Positions 49,441 to 62,682 of a DNA stretch of 64,000 nucleotides are shown here, piece after piece. The DNA lies in NCBI RefSeq assembly GCF_006345805.1, contig NC_043004.1, positions 41,354,001 through 41,418,000 of the forward strand. Direction: 5' to 3'. Position 1 is the first letter of the stretch; each line of letters starts with the position of its first letter. The DNA comes from Octopus sinensis (lineage: Eukaryota). The translations under genes were made by a program, and so were the position numbers. The notes under the pieces were generated by a model, which saw nothing but the letters and a program-made list of their open reading frames with translations, ran no database searches and had not been told where the DNA came from.

Positions 49441-51493
49441 TAAAGGTAGAATTATAAATAAGAAATAGTGGTACAACAAGGCACCAATGTTTGTTGGAAA
49501 TAGCAGTCAATAACGATAATGGTAGAATTATAAATAAGAAATAGTGGTACAACAAGGCACCAATGTTTGCTGGAAATAGCAGTCAATAACGATAAAGGTA
49601 GAATTATAAATAAGAAATAGTGGTACAACAAGGCACCAATGTTTGCTGGAAATAGCAGTCAATAACGATAAAGGTAGAATTATAAATAAGAAATAGTGGT
49701 ACAACAAGGCACCAATGTTTGCTGGAAATAGCAGTCAATAACGATAAAGGTAGAATTATAAATAAGAAATAGTGGTACAACAAGGCACCAATGTTTGCTG
49801 GAAATAGCAGTCAATAACGATAAAGGTAGAATTATAAATAAGAAATAGTGGTACAACAAGGCACCAATGTTTGCTGGAAATAGCAGTCAATAACGATAAA
49901 GGTAGAATTATAAATAAGAAATAGTGGTACTACAAGGCACCAATGTTTGCTGGAAATAGCAGTCAATAACGATAAAGGTAGAATTATAAATAAGAAATAG
50001 TGGTACAACAAGGCACCAATGTTTGCTGGAAATAGCAGTCAATAACGATAAAGGTAGAATTATAAATAAGAAATAGTGGTACAACAAGGCACCAATGTTT
50101 GCTGGAAATAGCAGTCAATAACGATAAAGGTAGAATTATAAATAAGAAATAGTGGTACTACAAGGCACCAATGTTTGCTGGAAATAGCAGTCAATAACGA
50201 TAATGGTAGAATTATAAATAAGAAATAGTGGTACAACAAGGCACCAATGTTTGCTGGAAATAGCAGTCAATAACGATAATGGTAGAATTATAAATAAGAA
50301 ATAGTGGTACAACAAGGCACCAATGTTTGCTGGAAATAGCAGTCAATAACGATAAAGGTAGAATTATAAATAAGAAATAGTGGTACTACAAGGCACCAAT
50401 GTTTGCTGGAAATAGCAGTCAATAACGATAAAGGTAGAATTATAAATAAGAAATAGTGGTACAACAAGGCACCAATGTTTGCTGGAAATAGCAGTCAATA
50501 ACGATAAAGGTAGAATTATAAATAAGAAATAGTGGTACTACAAGGCACCAATGTTTGCTGGAAATAGCAGTCAATAACGATAATGGTAGAATTATAAATA
50601 AGAAATAGTGGTACAACAAGGCACCAATGTTTGCTGGAAATAGCAGTCAATAACGATAAAGGTAGAATTATAAATAAGAAATAGTGGTACAACAAGGTAC
50701 CAATGTTTGCTGGAAATAGCAGTCAATAACGATAAAGGTAGAATTATAAATAAGAAATAGTGGTACAACAAGGCACCAATGTTTGCTGGAAATAGCAGTC
50801 AATAACGATAAAGGTAGAATTATAAATAAGAAATAGTGGTACAACAAGGCACCAATGTTTGCTGGAAATAGCAGTCAATAACGATAAAGGTAGAATTATA
50901 AATAAGAAATAGTGGTACTACAAGGTACCAATGTTTGCTGGAAATAGCAGTCAATAACGATAATGGTAGAATTATAAATAAGAAATAGTGGTACAACAAG
51001 GTACCAATGTTTGCTGGAAATAGCAGTCAATAACGATAATGGTAGAATTATAAATAAGAAATAGTGGTACAACAAGGCACCAATGTTTGCTGGAAATAGC
51101 AGTCAATAACAATAAAGGTAGAATTATAAATAAGAAATAGTGGTACAACAAGGCACCAATGTTTGCTGGAAATAGCAGTCAATAACGATAATGGTAGAAT
51201 TATAAATAAGAAATAGTGGTACAACAAGGCACCAATGTTTGCTGGAAATAGCAGTCAATAACGATAATGGTAGAATTATAAATAAGAAATAGTGGTACAA
51301 CAAGGCACCAATGTTTGCTGGAAATAGCAGTCAATAACGATAATGGTAGAATTATAAATAAGAAATAGTGGTACAACAAGGCACCAATGTTTGCTGGAAA
51401 TAGCAGTCAATAACGATAATGGTAGAATTATAAATAAGAAATAGTGGTACAACAAGGCACCAATGTTTGCTGGAAATAGCAGTCAATAACGAT
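49441..51493 (+). repeat. Minisatellite, 76-bp unit, 27 copies
   Basis: Period 76 (49445, 49521, 49597...); 2053/76 = 27.0; variant sites GATAAA/GATAAT, TACAAC/TACTAC and GGCACC/GGTACC. Confidence 0.95.
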
Positions 51494-51662
51494 ACGATGC
51501 TATGTAAAGCTTCACTGGAATGTATAATGGCAAAGATGTATGCAGGCAGTGAACTAAAAAATTTTCGTCAGTATATATTTCAGTGAAGCTTTACATAGCG
51601 TCGTATTGTTATCAACTGCTATTTCCAGCAAACATTAGTGCCTTGTTGTACCACTAATTCTT
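51436..51662. mobile_element. Hairpin MITE (82-bp arms, 63-bp loop) whose left arm supplies the minisatellite unit
   Basis: 51436-51517 pairs with 51581-51662. Confidence 0.8.
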
Positions 51663-52036
51663 TACTCTTTACTCTTTTACTTGTTTCAGTCATTTGACTG
51701 CGGCCATGCTGGAGCATCGCGTTTAGTCGAACAAATCAACCCCGGGACTTATTCTTTATAAGCCCAGTACTTATTCTATCGGTCTCTTTTTGCCGAACCG
51801 GTAAGTGACGGGGACGTAAACACACCAGCATCGGTTGTCAAGCAATGCTAGGGGGACAAACACAGACACACAAACACACATACATATATATATATACATA
51901 TATACGACAGGCTTCTTTCAGTTTCCATTTACCAAATCCACTCACAAGGCTTTGGTCGGCCCAAGGTGCCACACAGTGGGACTGAACCCGAAACCATGTG
52001 GTTGGTAAGCAAGCTACTTACCACACAGCCACTCCT
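51660..52036 (-). mobile_element. SINE family B with an internal deletion
   Basis: Family match. Confidence 0.85.
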
Positions 52037-52248
52037 ATATATATATATATAAAATCACAATCTAGTTTTTTACAGCTAGATACCCTTTCTAACACCACCA
52101 CTTTACAGATAAGACTGGGTGCTTTTTTTTTACATGGCACCAGTATTGGCAAGTTCTGCTTTGGCATGGTTTTTACAGCTCGATGCCCTTCCTAAATCCA
52201 ATCACTTTACATTGAACTGGGCGCTATTCATGTGAGACCAGCATCGGG

Positions 52249-52578
52249 GACCCCCTTCGGTCACGACACTGACCATGGGATTGCACCTAGAAAGTTACCC
52301 TCCTAGTCACAAGTCTGGACAAGGTTGTTTATGGAAGACCAGCAGTCGCCCATGCATACCGGCCTCCCCTCTCCACGCCACCAGTGTTATCCAAGGGAAA
52401 GGCAAAGAGCCAATACAGCTTGGCACCCATGACGTTGCAACTCATTTCTACAGCTGAGTTAACTGGAGCAACGTGAAGTAAAGTGTCTTGCTCAAGAACA
52501 CAACATGCAGCCCGGTCCGGGATTCGAGCTGACAACCTCACGATCGTAAGCTCGACACTCTAACCACTGAGCCATGCA
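52249..52578 (-). mobile_element. SINE family D
   Basis: Family match. Confidence 0.8.
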
Positions 52579-53050
52579 TCAGCGAAGTCATTATGTAACT
52601 TTCAAGACAAAGGTCCCTCAAAAGGGTGTGGCTTTGTCCCAGGTGATGCAAGGTTAAAGTGTGACACAGGTATGGATACAGGTGTCTTACTGTAAAGGAT
52701 AAACATGGTTACCCCAGTTCAAGGGAGAGTGACAGATAGCAAGAGGAAGAGAGGGCCAGAGAGGTGGCAATGTGCCAAGGCATACCCTCAAGGTACGTGG
52801 TGGTAAATATAAATGGAATGGTAAAGGATTATCCAGAGTGCATGGGTATGGAGTTTGTGAAAGTGCAGAAAGGGAGGGAATGGAGGGAAATGTAGTGAAA
52901 CAATGGATAGATGGTGTGTGTTTGTGTGTGTGTAGTGGAGCTGGTTGTGGGGTAGGATAGCTTGCTACAGCTGGCAATGGGGGGGACAAGATAGGGCTGC
53001 AGGAGTGGAAAGGGAGGGATCGGGGTAGTGAATGAAGAAGAGGTGTACTT

Positions 53051-53442
53051 GGATCTTTTCGGTTTGAACGGTAGTTTTTTCTCGCGGTGTCATATGAAAT
53101 TGTCACCCATAATTATGACCCTAGTATCGATCTATTGCATTTCAATCTGTTTTAGGTTAGGGGAAGGGTATCTTTTTTTTCTTCACAAATGTAAATAAAC
53201 CCAGTCTGTTTCTTAAACGAGGGACATTTTCATATGGCACAGAATGTTTTCACCTCAATAGACATCATTGATTGGTTGAAATTGAATAAAAAACAACAAA
53301 TATCTTACAAACTTTAGGATTTTCTCAATAAAGCCAAGAGAAAAAGATGTTTTATAAACACATTCTACCAGTATACGAAGTTTGAAATTTTTTAGTTACC
53401 TAGAAATTATGTTAAAAACTGCCGTTCAAACCGAAAATATCC
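53051..53442 (+). mobile_element. GGATC-ended MITE with 8-bp TSD (1 mismatch)
   Basis: Flanks GTGTACTT and GTGTAGTT. Confidence 0.9.
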
Positions 53443-54422
53443 GTGTAGTTTAGTTAATTAAGGTAGGGTGTGTGAATTAATGCTACATGTGTTTCTGCCC
53501 TCGTTTTTGATCACTCTCCCACCTCTTGCTCTTCCTTCTGGCCAGGTAATCAAGTATCTCCTTTACATTATCACACCTGTTTCTGTCTTCTTGCTTGTTA
53601 CTTCTCTCTGTCTGTCTGTCTTTCCCTTTTTTTCTGTCTGGCTGGGTAACCTCATCTATAGCAAGATATCTGTTTCTGTCTTTCTGTTACACTAGCCTTT
53701 CATTACCTGACACAAGATCATGTCCTCCAAAGCTCCCTCCCCTTCTCAAAATTCCTTATCTTGCAAGTAATTTGGTAATCCTGCCAGTGCTGGTGTCACA
53801 TAAAAAGCATCCAGTCTACACTATGAAGTGGTTAGCATTTGGAAGGGCATTCAGCTACAAAAACCATGCCAAAACTGACCTGATCTGTGCTAGTGCCATG
53901 TAAAACATACTCAGTGCACTCTGAGGAGCAGTTGGTGTTAGGAAGGGCATCCAGCTATAAAAACCATGCCAAAACAGACACAGTAGCCTGGAGCAGTCTT
54001 CTACTTGGCCAGCTCCTGTCAAACCATCCAACCCATGCCAGCATGGAAGGCGGACATTAGATGATGATGATGATGTGGGAGGAATATACAGTGCTTCCAG
54101 AACTCAGTTTTGCTGAGGTGGCCAGGTCTTCTCAAGAACTTCATCCTTGTCCATTAGCATCTCTTCTGCGAGGCTCAACATCTTGAGATCAGCCCTCACT
54201 ATCTCATCCCATATTTTCCTGTTCCAACCTTGTCCCATCTCGCACCTCACTGTCTGGTGACAATAGGGAAGTATTGTTGGTCGTTGCTAAGGCATCAAGC
54301 TAGCAGAATCGTTAACATGCTGGGCAAAATGCTTAGCAGCATTTCATCTGCTGCTATGTTTTGCATTCAAATTCTGCTGAGGTTAACTTTGCCTATCATC
54401 TTGTCAGGGTCAATAAATTAAA

Positions 54423-54736
54423 AATAATAATAATAATAATAATAATTGTGTACAGTGCTCAGGTGCACTACAACTCATCTAAAGTGTATATATAATCAGG
54501 TGTAGCTTCGGCGGATTTCAGAAAGCATGAGGGCCTTAAAGGTTGCAGTGTCATGGCAGTCAACAACTGACGCAGGCAGTTTATTCCATGCTTCAGCAAC
54601 TCTGAGCGTGAAAAAATGTTTCCGAAAGTCATGGGAGCTGTGTTGTTTTCTGACTTTGTAGGCATGTCCACGTGTGTTAGACACATGGAGATCAAAAAGG
54701 TGTTCAGTGTTGTTGTTGGTGAGGTGGTTGATAACT
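54423..54736 (-). mobile_element. CR1 3' fragment, same family as 45268-46422
   Basis: Near-identical to 45270-45585. Confidence 0.9.
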
Positions 54737-55082
54737 GGGGTCAATGTAATCAACTCATCCCCTCCCCGCAAAATTGCTGCCCTTGTGGAAAAATTTGAAA
54801 TCATTGCAGAGAAAGGTGACTCTCACAGCCATTAGCTGCTGACAATAAGGATAAAGCAGTTTCTTCTGCTCTCCTTGAAGCTGTGGGAATAGTAGCACTA
54901 GGATCTGCTGCTGTTGGTCATTATTGACTTTCCATTTTTTTCTGCCTTTCCAGACCTTTGAGCAGAAAGACTTCAAGTTACTTTGATTGGTGCCCTTTAA
55001 TAGCTGGCATTTCTACCCTGCACCACTAGTTTTATCACATTTATCTATGCATCAAAAATGGAATACAGCTCTGTGATATCTC

Positions 55083-55515
55083 TTTCACTCTTTTACTTGT
55101 TTCAGTCGTTTGACTGTGGCCATGCTGGAGCACTGCCCTTAGTCGTGCAAATCGACCCCCAGGACTTATTCTTTGTAAGCCTAGTACTTATTCTATCAGT
55201 TTTTTTTCGCTGAACCGCTAAGTTATGTGGATGTAAACACACCAGCATCGGTTGTCAAGCAATGCTAGGGGGACAAACACAGACACACAAACATATACAC
55301 ATTCGCATATATACATATATATATACAACGGGCTTTTTCCAGTTTCCATCTACCAAATCCACTCAAAAGGCTTTGGTCAGCCTGAGGCTATAGTAGAAGA
55401 CACTTGCCCAAGGTGCCACGCAGTGGGACTGAACCCGGAACCATGTGGTTTGTGAGCAAGCTACTTACCACACAGCCACTCCTACACCTATACTTACCAC
55501 ACAGCCACTCCTACG
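55083..55515 (-). mobile_element. SINE family B with a short duplicated head
   Basis: Family match; CTTACCACACAGCCACTCCTA repeated. Confidence 0.85.
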
Positions 55516-55682
55516 CCTATATAATTTTTGTAGTCATCAGGACCTACATATACATATAGACTACACTGTAATTTATAGTCGTCTCAGCATTCATTAGCAG
55601 CCCATACTGGGCTGAAAAGGTGGCAAGAAGTCAAGGCTCAATGTTACCTTTAATATTTCTTACAGTGGTCCTTGTATTATGT

Positions 55683-55918
55683 AAAGGCGGCGAGCTGGCA
55701 GAAATGTTAGCACGCCGGGTGAAATTCGTAGCTGTATTTCGTCTGACGTTACGTTCTGAGTTCAAATTCCGCTGAGGTCGACTTTGCCTTTCATCCTTTC
55801 GGGGTCGATAAAATAAGTACCAGTTACGCACTGGGTTGATATAATCGACTTAATCCGTTTGTTTGTCCTTGTTTGTCCCTTCTGTGTTTAACCTCTTGTG
55901 GGTAGTAAAGAAATAGGT
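55683..55918 (+). mobile_element. SINE family A monomer
   Basis: Family match. Confidence 0.85.
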
Positions 55919-56896
55919 CCTTGTATTATGTTATCCAATGTATTGTAGCGCTAACCCATATACAAGTATGTGGAATACCACTTCAGCATCCTTTTAACCT
56001 CATCCTCAGTGTTGCAGACTAGGCACACATACTTTCATTTGACCCACTCCTATCATCTAGGAATTGAGAGCATAATAAAACTATCTAGGTTTTGTGAATC
56101 AGAGGCATATCCCCTTCTTCCTTACCCATTCTTAAATAAATTATTCAAGTAAAGAGGCACCCACTTTTGTAACATAAAGCTGTCATGCTTCTTGTTTGGA
56201 CTGGATTCAATCTAAATCAAAAATCTCACTTTGGTATGAAATTTCAGTAAAAGAATTACTGTTAGTATTATTAGTATCATATTATTAATACCTTTGCTTA
56301 AGCTGTGAAAATTTGCATTTTTTGGGAGGCAATTTCTTGTTGTCTGTGAGAATGTTTGTTTCATTGTCACTTTTCTGAGTACTCTATAAATTCTTTTAAA
56401 TTTGATTCCATGTATTTTAAAATTGTCTTGTTTTCGGAGGGGGTATCCAATGCCACTTCTTTTGTTGTTTGCACAATAGAAGACACATACAACAGATCAT
56501 AAACCCAAGAAAATTTTTCTTAGGAAAATATAGTGTTTAAAGAAAGTTCTTTACAGAGTTCCAATATCATGCACCAAAATCTCGTGTGCAAACTAATCCA
56601 AATGACAAATTTGGCGTTATTTTAAATTTTCAGGGAAATGTCTGAAACCTTGTCCATTCATACCAACATACAACAACAAAAATTATTTTTATCCATTGTT
56701 TATTACTTATATATATTTTTTGGGTTCATTGATTGCAATATTAATAATAACTATTATTATTATCATCATCATTATTATTATTATTATTATCATCCACCGT
56801 CACCATCATTATTATTATATATTTTATTATGTGACATCCCATGATATTTTAAAACCATTTTTTTTAAAAACATTTCCCTGTTCTTCAAATCATTGG

Positions 56897-57078
56897 TTAA
56901 GCAGAAACCAAGTATTGAAAACTACTTATAACTTGTAACCTGTTGGTCTTTTCAAATTTTACGAAATCAAATAAACGACCTGATCGCATTGATGGCAGTT
57001 TGAGTTTATTGAGATTTTCTCCATACAGAAAAAACTGATATCGATGGATACCTGAAGGTGGGCTCGGACCTTCATAGG
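56897..57078 (-). CDS. Terminal exon of a phosphatidylethanolamine-binding protein (PEBP family) gene
   Basis: Acceptor TTTTTTTCTCACAG|CC; YEGPSPPSGIHRYQFFLY matches the PEBP GPxPPxGxHRYxF signature; ends ...FQYLVSA*; upstream exons not found in the window. Confidence 0.8.
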
Positions 57079-57442
57079 CTGTGAGAAAAAAAGGAAAAAA
57101 AAATGATAAAAGAAGGATGTATGATAGAGAAAAAGATATATTTCTGAATACATTTAATTCAGTAATTCTTAAAAAGATTTGAAACAATAGCAGCAGTAAT
57201 GATAGTTTTAAGCACTAGAAGATTAGGAAGAAGTTAAGAATAAATCAGCAAGAAAAGCAGGTATTATGGCATTAATGATGATGATAATGATTGTAGAGAA
57301 AGGAGTAGGAAAGATTTTCAAATATGCTGAATTAAAAAAATACAAACATCAAGAATCAAGGGATGCTCAGTGCAAATATGAGGGCTTCGAAAATCTACCC
57401 CAGAAATATACTCTCTGCCAAAGGCCTATTGTTAAGGTTTAA

Positions 57443-57663
57443 CCCTTTTGTTACCAACCCGGCCAAAACCGGCTCTGGCTCTGTAGTACAAATGTCTTGT
57501 TTTCATAAGTTTTTCATTAAAATCTTCCACCAAACCTTAGTCGCAATTTATGTTCCTGATGCTAGCTTAATGATAATTAAATTATTTTACTAAATTCTTT
57601 GTTATATCTAAAATAATTGAAAGAAACACAGAGCATCTCAAAATAAATACAGTAACGAAAGGG
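57443..57663. mobile_element. piggyBac-like MITE
   Basis: TTAA|CCCTTTTGTTAC...GTAACGAAAGGG|TTAA. Confidence 0.75.
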
Positions 57664-57944
57664 TTAATAGTTATTTTGAAAAAAGAATGAAACAGAAATC
57701 CAGTATGTTATAACCATATTGTACAATGAAATATTAATAATCCCCATCATCATGTTTGCTTCTTTCCATGCTGGCATGAGTAGGACGGTTTGATATGGTG
57801 CTGGCTTGCAAGGAGCTGACCAGACTCCAACTGTCTGTTGTGGCATGGTTTGTACAGCTGTATGTCCTTCTTAATGCCAACCACTTAACAGAGTGTGCTG
57901 AGTGCTTTTTACATGTCACCAGCATGGGTGCATTAATGACGATT

Positions 57945-58230
57945 CTTTTGTTTGTTCCTTCTCGAGCCATACCTGGCTCATAACTGGTTTCCCGGTTTCT
58001 TGGCACATAGGTTCCCCACCTGGACGGGATGCTGGTCCATCGCAGGTGAGCTGCAAGATGCAGGAGGAAAGAGTGAGAGAAAGTTGTGGCGAAAGAGTCA
58101 GCATAAGTTTCGCCATTACCTTCTGCTGGAGCCGCGTGGAGCTTAGGTGTTTTGCTCATAAACACACACATCGCCCGGTCTGAGATTCGAACCCGCGATC
58201 TCTCGACCGCGAGTCCACTGCTCTAACCAC
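57945..58230 (-). mobile_element. tRNA-derived SINE sharing the head and middle of family C but with a different 3' body
   Basis: Shares GAGTGAGAGAAAGTTGTGG and GGAGCTTAGGTGTTTT blocks and a tRNA-like head. Confidence 0.65.
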
Positions 58231-58249
58231 TACTATAGGCATGAGGAAA

Positions 58250-58670
58250 CTGGAGGAGTAGGCTTGATGGTTACATTGACCCCAGCACTCAATGGGTAAT
58301 TATTTTATTGATTCCAAAAGTATGAAAAGACAAGCTGACCTCAGCAGAATTTGAACTCAGAATGTAAAGAAAAACAAAGTGCAGCTAATCATTTTGTCTG
58401 GCATGCTAATGGTTCTACCAACTCACTACTGTAGTAATAATAACAATCCTTTCTACTATGGGCACAAGAGCTGAAATTCAAGGGAGGCAGGGCATTCACC
58501 GCAGTGTTCATCTGGTACATATTTTATTAACCCCTAAAGGATGAAAGGCAAAGTTGACATTGGTGGAATTTGAACTCAGAATGTGAAGATGGATAAAATG
58601 CCAATAAGCATTTCACCTGGCTTGCTAATGATTCTTCCAGCTCGCTGCCTTTATAATAATAATAATAATG

Positions 58671-58705
<35 letters not shown>

Positions 58706-59470
58706 TCTTTCTACTCTAGGCACAAGGCCTGAAATTTGGGGGGAGGGGGTTTGTTGATTAGATTGACCCCAGTATGCAACTGGTAATTAATTTATTGACC
58801 CCAAAAGGATGAATGGCGAAGTTGACCTCGGTGGAATTTGGACTAAGAATGAAATACCACTAAGCATTTCACCTGGCGTGCTAACAACTTTACCAGAAGG
58901 CCGCCTTCATAATGATAATAATAATAATAACAGTCATAATCCTCTCTACTATAGGCACAAGGCATGAAATTTTTTGAGGAAGGGGTTAGTTCATTACATC
59001 AACCCCACTGCTCAACTGGTACTTATTCTACTGACCCGGAAAAATGAACGACAAAATAGACCTTGGCAAGATTTGAACTCAGAATGTAAGGCCAGACAAA
59101 ATGCTGCTAAGCATTTTGTCTGGTCCAGTAATGATTCTACCAGCTTGCCTTAATCATAATAATTATCTGTTCTATCATAGCACAAGGCCTGAAATTTAAG
59201 GGAGGGGATTTGTCAATCCCTTTGACACTAGTGCTTTATTTTACTTACCCTAGAGGGACATAAGGTGAAGTTGACATCTGTTAGATTTGAACTCAGAACT
59301 TAAGAGCCGGAACACTTGTTCGAGCTCTTAAAAGGTAAAGTTGGTCTCAGCAGAATTTGAACTCAAAACATAAAGACAGACAAAATGCTGCAAAACATTA
59401 TGTATAGCATGGCTCTGCCAGTTCAAATTCTACTGAGACCAACTTTACCTTTTATCCTTTTGGGGTCAAT
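58250..59470 (-). repeat. Cluster of old, degenerate family A-like SINE units, mostly head-to-tail
   Basis: Recurring GAATTTGAACTCAGAATG and GGCACAAGGCCTGAAATT blocks. Confidence 0.65.
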
Positions 59471-59941
59471 AAAAAGTACTATTCTGGTGTGGTGTTAAGA
59501 GATTGGGAGAGATGCTTTGCTGTATCTGTCTTGGTTCAGTGTTCTGATTGCAAAGCCTATGATGGTACTGGTGCCAAGTTGCATCAGCCTTTTCCCTTCG
59601 ATAATAAACATTCCCTGTGGAGGGAACCTGTAGAAGAGATAAACTCAGGAAGATATGGGATGAGGTGGTGAAGCTTTACCTTCAGCTGTTGAATCTCATG
59701 GAGGTGATGAGAAGTGATCAAGACCCTTGGCATTGTGGCCAGTACCAGTGACACATAAAAGGCACTCATTGCACTCTGTGGCGTGGTTGGTGTTAGGAAG
59801 GGCATCCAGCTGTAGAAACCAAGCCAAACCAAACTGATACAGTTCTCTAGTTAACTAGTCCCAGTCAAACCATCGAAGCTCCTAGCATGGAAAGTGGCTG
59901 TTAAATGATGATGATGATGATGATATATATATATATATATA

Positions 59942-60248
59942 GGCGCAGGAGTGGCTGTGTGGTAAGTAGCTTGCTTACCAGCCACATGGCTCCGGGTTCA
60001 GTCCCACTGCGTGGCACATTGGGCAAGTGTCTTCCGCTATAGCCTCGGGCCGACCAAAGCCTTGTGAGTGGATTTGGTAGACGGAAACTCAAAGAAGCCC
60101 ATCGTATATATGTATGTATATATATCTCAAAAGAGACCGATAGAATAAGTACTGGGCTTACAAAGAATAAGTCCCGGGGTTGATTTGCTCGACTAAAGGC
60201 GGTGCTCCAGCATGGCTGCAGTCAAATGACTGAAACAAGTAAAAGAGA
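59942..60248 (+). mobile_element. SINE family B with an internal deletion
   Basis: Family match. Confidence 0.85.
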
Positions 60249-60274
60249 TATATGTATTTGTGTGTGTGTGTATG

Positions 60275-60317
<43 letters not shown>

Positions 60318-60869
60318 ATCAAAACAATTTGATTCAAATTCCTTGGTACTCCGAGTTTCAAAGAGTTTCAGCTACTGGTAATTTGAAAGAAATCAGTTGG
60401 AGAAAGTCAATAGTTATTACTGGAAGGTGGGCTGTGATTGGTCAAGAAAGGACATGCGGTGCCACAGTCTGATGTTGGTATTTCAGTGACAATGATTAGT
60501 TGGAAAATACTACATGGTGAGCAGGAAATCAACCATGTTGTGGACAGGAAATCAGTCATGTGGTTGGATGGGAAGTAGGAAGGGGCAGTGTGTGTGTACA
60601 CACACACACAAAATAACATACACATGGTGAGTAACATTAAAAACATTACATACCCACTTCGTCAGAAGGCTCTGCATGAATGCCATTTTTCACAGCATCA
60701 TACTGGAAAAAAAATCAACAAAAAACAAGTTAAATTATTTATATATAATTTTGAATTCATGCATATCTATAACGTACACACAATGCATACAAATGCACAG
60801 GCATGCAAAACAAGATTTTATGATAAAATGAAAACATTCATATGTTTTGTATTATTATGACTAATAGAT

Positions 60870-61332
60870 GACTGGCATCCGTGCTAGTGGAGCACTAAGA
60901 GTACCATACGAGCGTGATCATTGCCAGAGCAACAACCTGGCCTCTGTGCCGATGGCACGTAAAAAACACCATTCGAGCATGATTGTTACCTGTGTCACCT
61001 TACTGGCACTTGTGCTGGTGGCATGTGAAAAAACATTCGAGCGAGGTCGTTGCCAGTGCCACTGGACTGGCTCCTGTGCAGGTGGCACATAAAAAGCACC
61101 ATTTGAGTGTGGCCATTGCCAGTACCGCTTGACTGGCCCTCATGCCAGTGGTGCGTAAAAGCACCCACTACACTCTCGGAGTGGTTGGAGTGAGGAAGGG
61201 CATCCAGCTATAGAAACTCTGCCAGATCAGATTGGAGTCTGGTGCAGCCATCTAGTTCGCCAGACCTCAGTCAAATCGTCCAACCCATGCTAGCATGGAA
61301 AATGGACATTAAACGATGATGATGATGATGAT
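60870..61332 (+). mobile_element. RTE 3'-end repeat (family E)
   Basis: Internal GTGGCAC-AAAAAGCACCATT subrepeats and (GAT)n tail. Confidence 0.8.
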
Positions 61333-61606
61333 TCTTTCTCTATGTTTATGGATTGCGACACACCTGGCTTGTTACTTGCTAAGAAAACAAAATTCCAAAG
61401 AAATGTTCAATGATGATAAATTGCTAGATATTCCGAAGGTGATCTATTCTAAATAGCAAAGAACAGTCTGAGAATTTCGCCAGAAACAATAGTCAAACAT
61501 AATGAAAAGGCTCTCACATTAACTGAATTATGACCTGGGTTGTACTAGACCTTCTGAAAGAGGTCTGCAATCTGTTCAAAGACTTTTGGGGAACAATACC
61601 TGTTTA

Positions 61607-62225
61607 AACCCTTTAGCATTCAGATTACTTAATGAAATGTAATGCTTATTTATTCTCTCTTTACTCTTTTACTTGTTTCAGTCATTTGACTGCGGCCATG
61701 CTGGAAAACCGCCTTTAGTCGAGCAAATCGACCCCAGGACATATTCTTTGGAAGCCTAGTACTTATACTATCGGTCTCTTTAGCCGAACCGCTAAGTTAT
61801 GGGAACGTAAACACACCAGCATCGGTTGTCAAGCAATGTTGGGGGGACACACACAAACACACACACACAATATATATATACATATACAAGACGGGCTTCT
61901 TTCAGTTTCCGTCTACCAAATCCACTCACAAGGCTTTGGTCGGCTCGAGGCTATAGTAGAAGACACTTGCCCATGATGCCACGCAGTGGGAATGAACCCG
62001 GAACCATGTGGCTGGTAAGTAAGCTACTTACCACACAGCCACTCATTCACATTGTTTTGAATTCATCGTGCATTACCTCATTGCTTCAAGATTTCTGTGA
62101 TGTGATTGTTTATTTTTAGTATGGCATTGTTGTGTAGATGTAAAAGGTCAGATTTGGCCAGTTTGAACATGAAACAGGTATAATATTTGGTCTGGACATG
62201 GGCAGTTTAAATGCTAAAGAGTTAA
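61607..62225. mobile_element. piggyBac-like MITE with a SINE B insertion (61655-62044, minus)
   Basis: CCCTTTAGCATT...AATGCTAAAGAG|TTAA ends; SINE match. Confidence 0.65.
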
Positions 62226-62298
62226 ATGCCTCAGCTGTGGTAGGAAGAATCAAAATTATCCCCCATACAAAAGTAAACTTCTTTATCAGCCTGTTATT

Positions 62299-62682
62299 GG
62301 ATGGAAGCACTCCGTCGGTTACGACGACGAGGGTTCCGGTTGATCCGAATCAACGGAACAACCTGCTCGTGAAATTAACGTGTAAGTGGCTGAGCACTCC
62401 ACAGACACGTGTACCCTTAACGTAGTTCTCGGGGATATTCAGTGTGACACAGAGAATGACAAGGCCGGCCCTTTGAAATACAGGTACAACAGAAACAGGA
62501 AGTAAGAGTGAGAGAAAGTTGTGGTGAAAGACTACAGCAGGGATCACCACCATCCCCTGCCAGAGCCTCGTGGAGCTTTAGGTGTTTTCGCTCAATAAAC
62601 ACTCACAACGCCCGGTCTGGGAATCGAAACCGCGATCCTATGACCGCGAGTCCGCTGCCCTAACCACTGGGCCATTGCGCCT
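62299..62682 (-). mobile_element. SINE family C with 9-bp TSD
   Basis: CCTGTTATT at 62290-62298 and 62683-62691. Confidence 0.9.

Noticed and set aside
49441-51493. Regular array as a possible CRISPR
   Set aside because: Units are contiguous and near-identical with no unique spacers; eukaryotic context; no cas genes.
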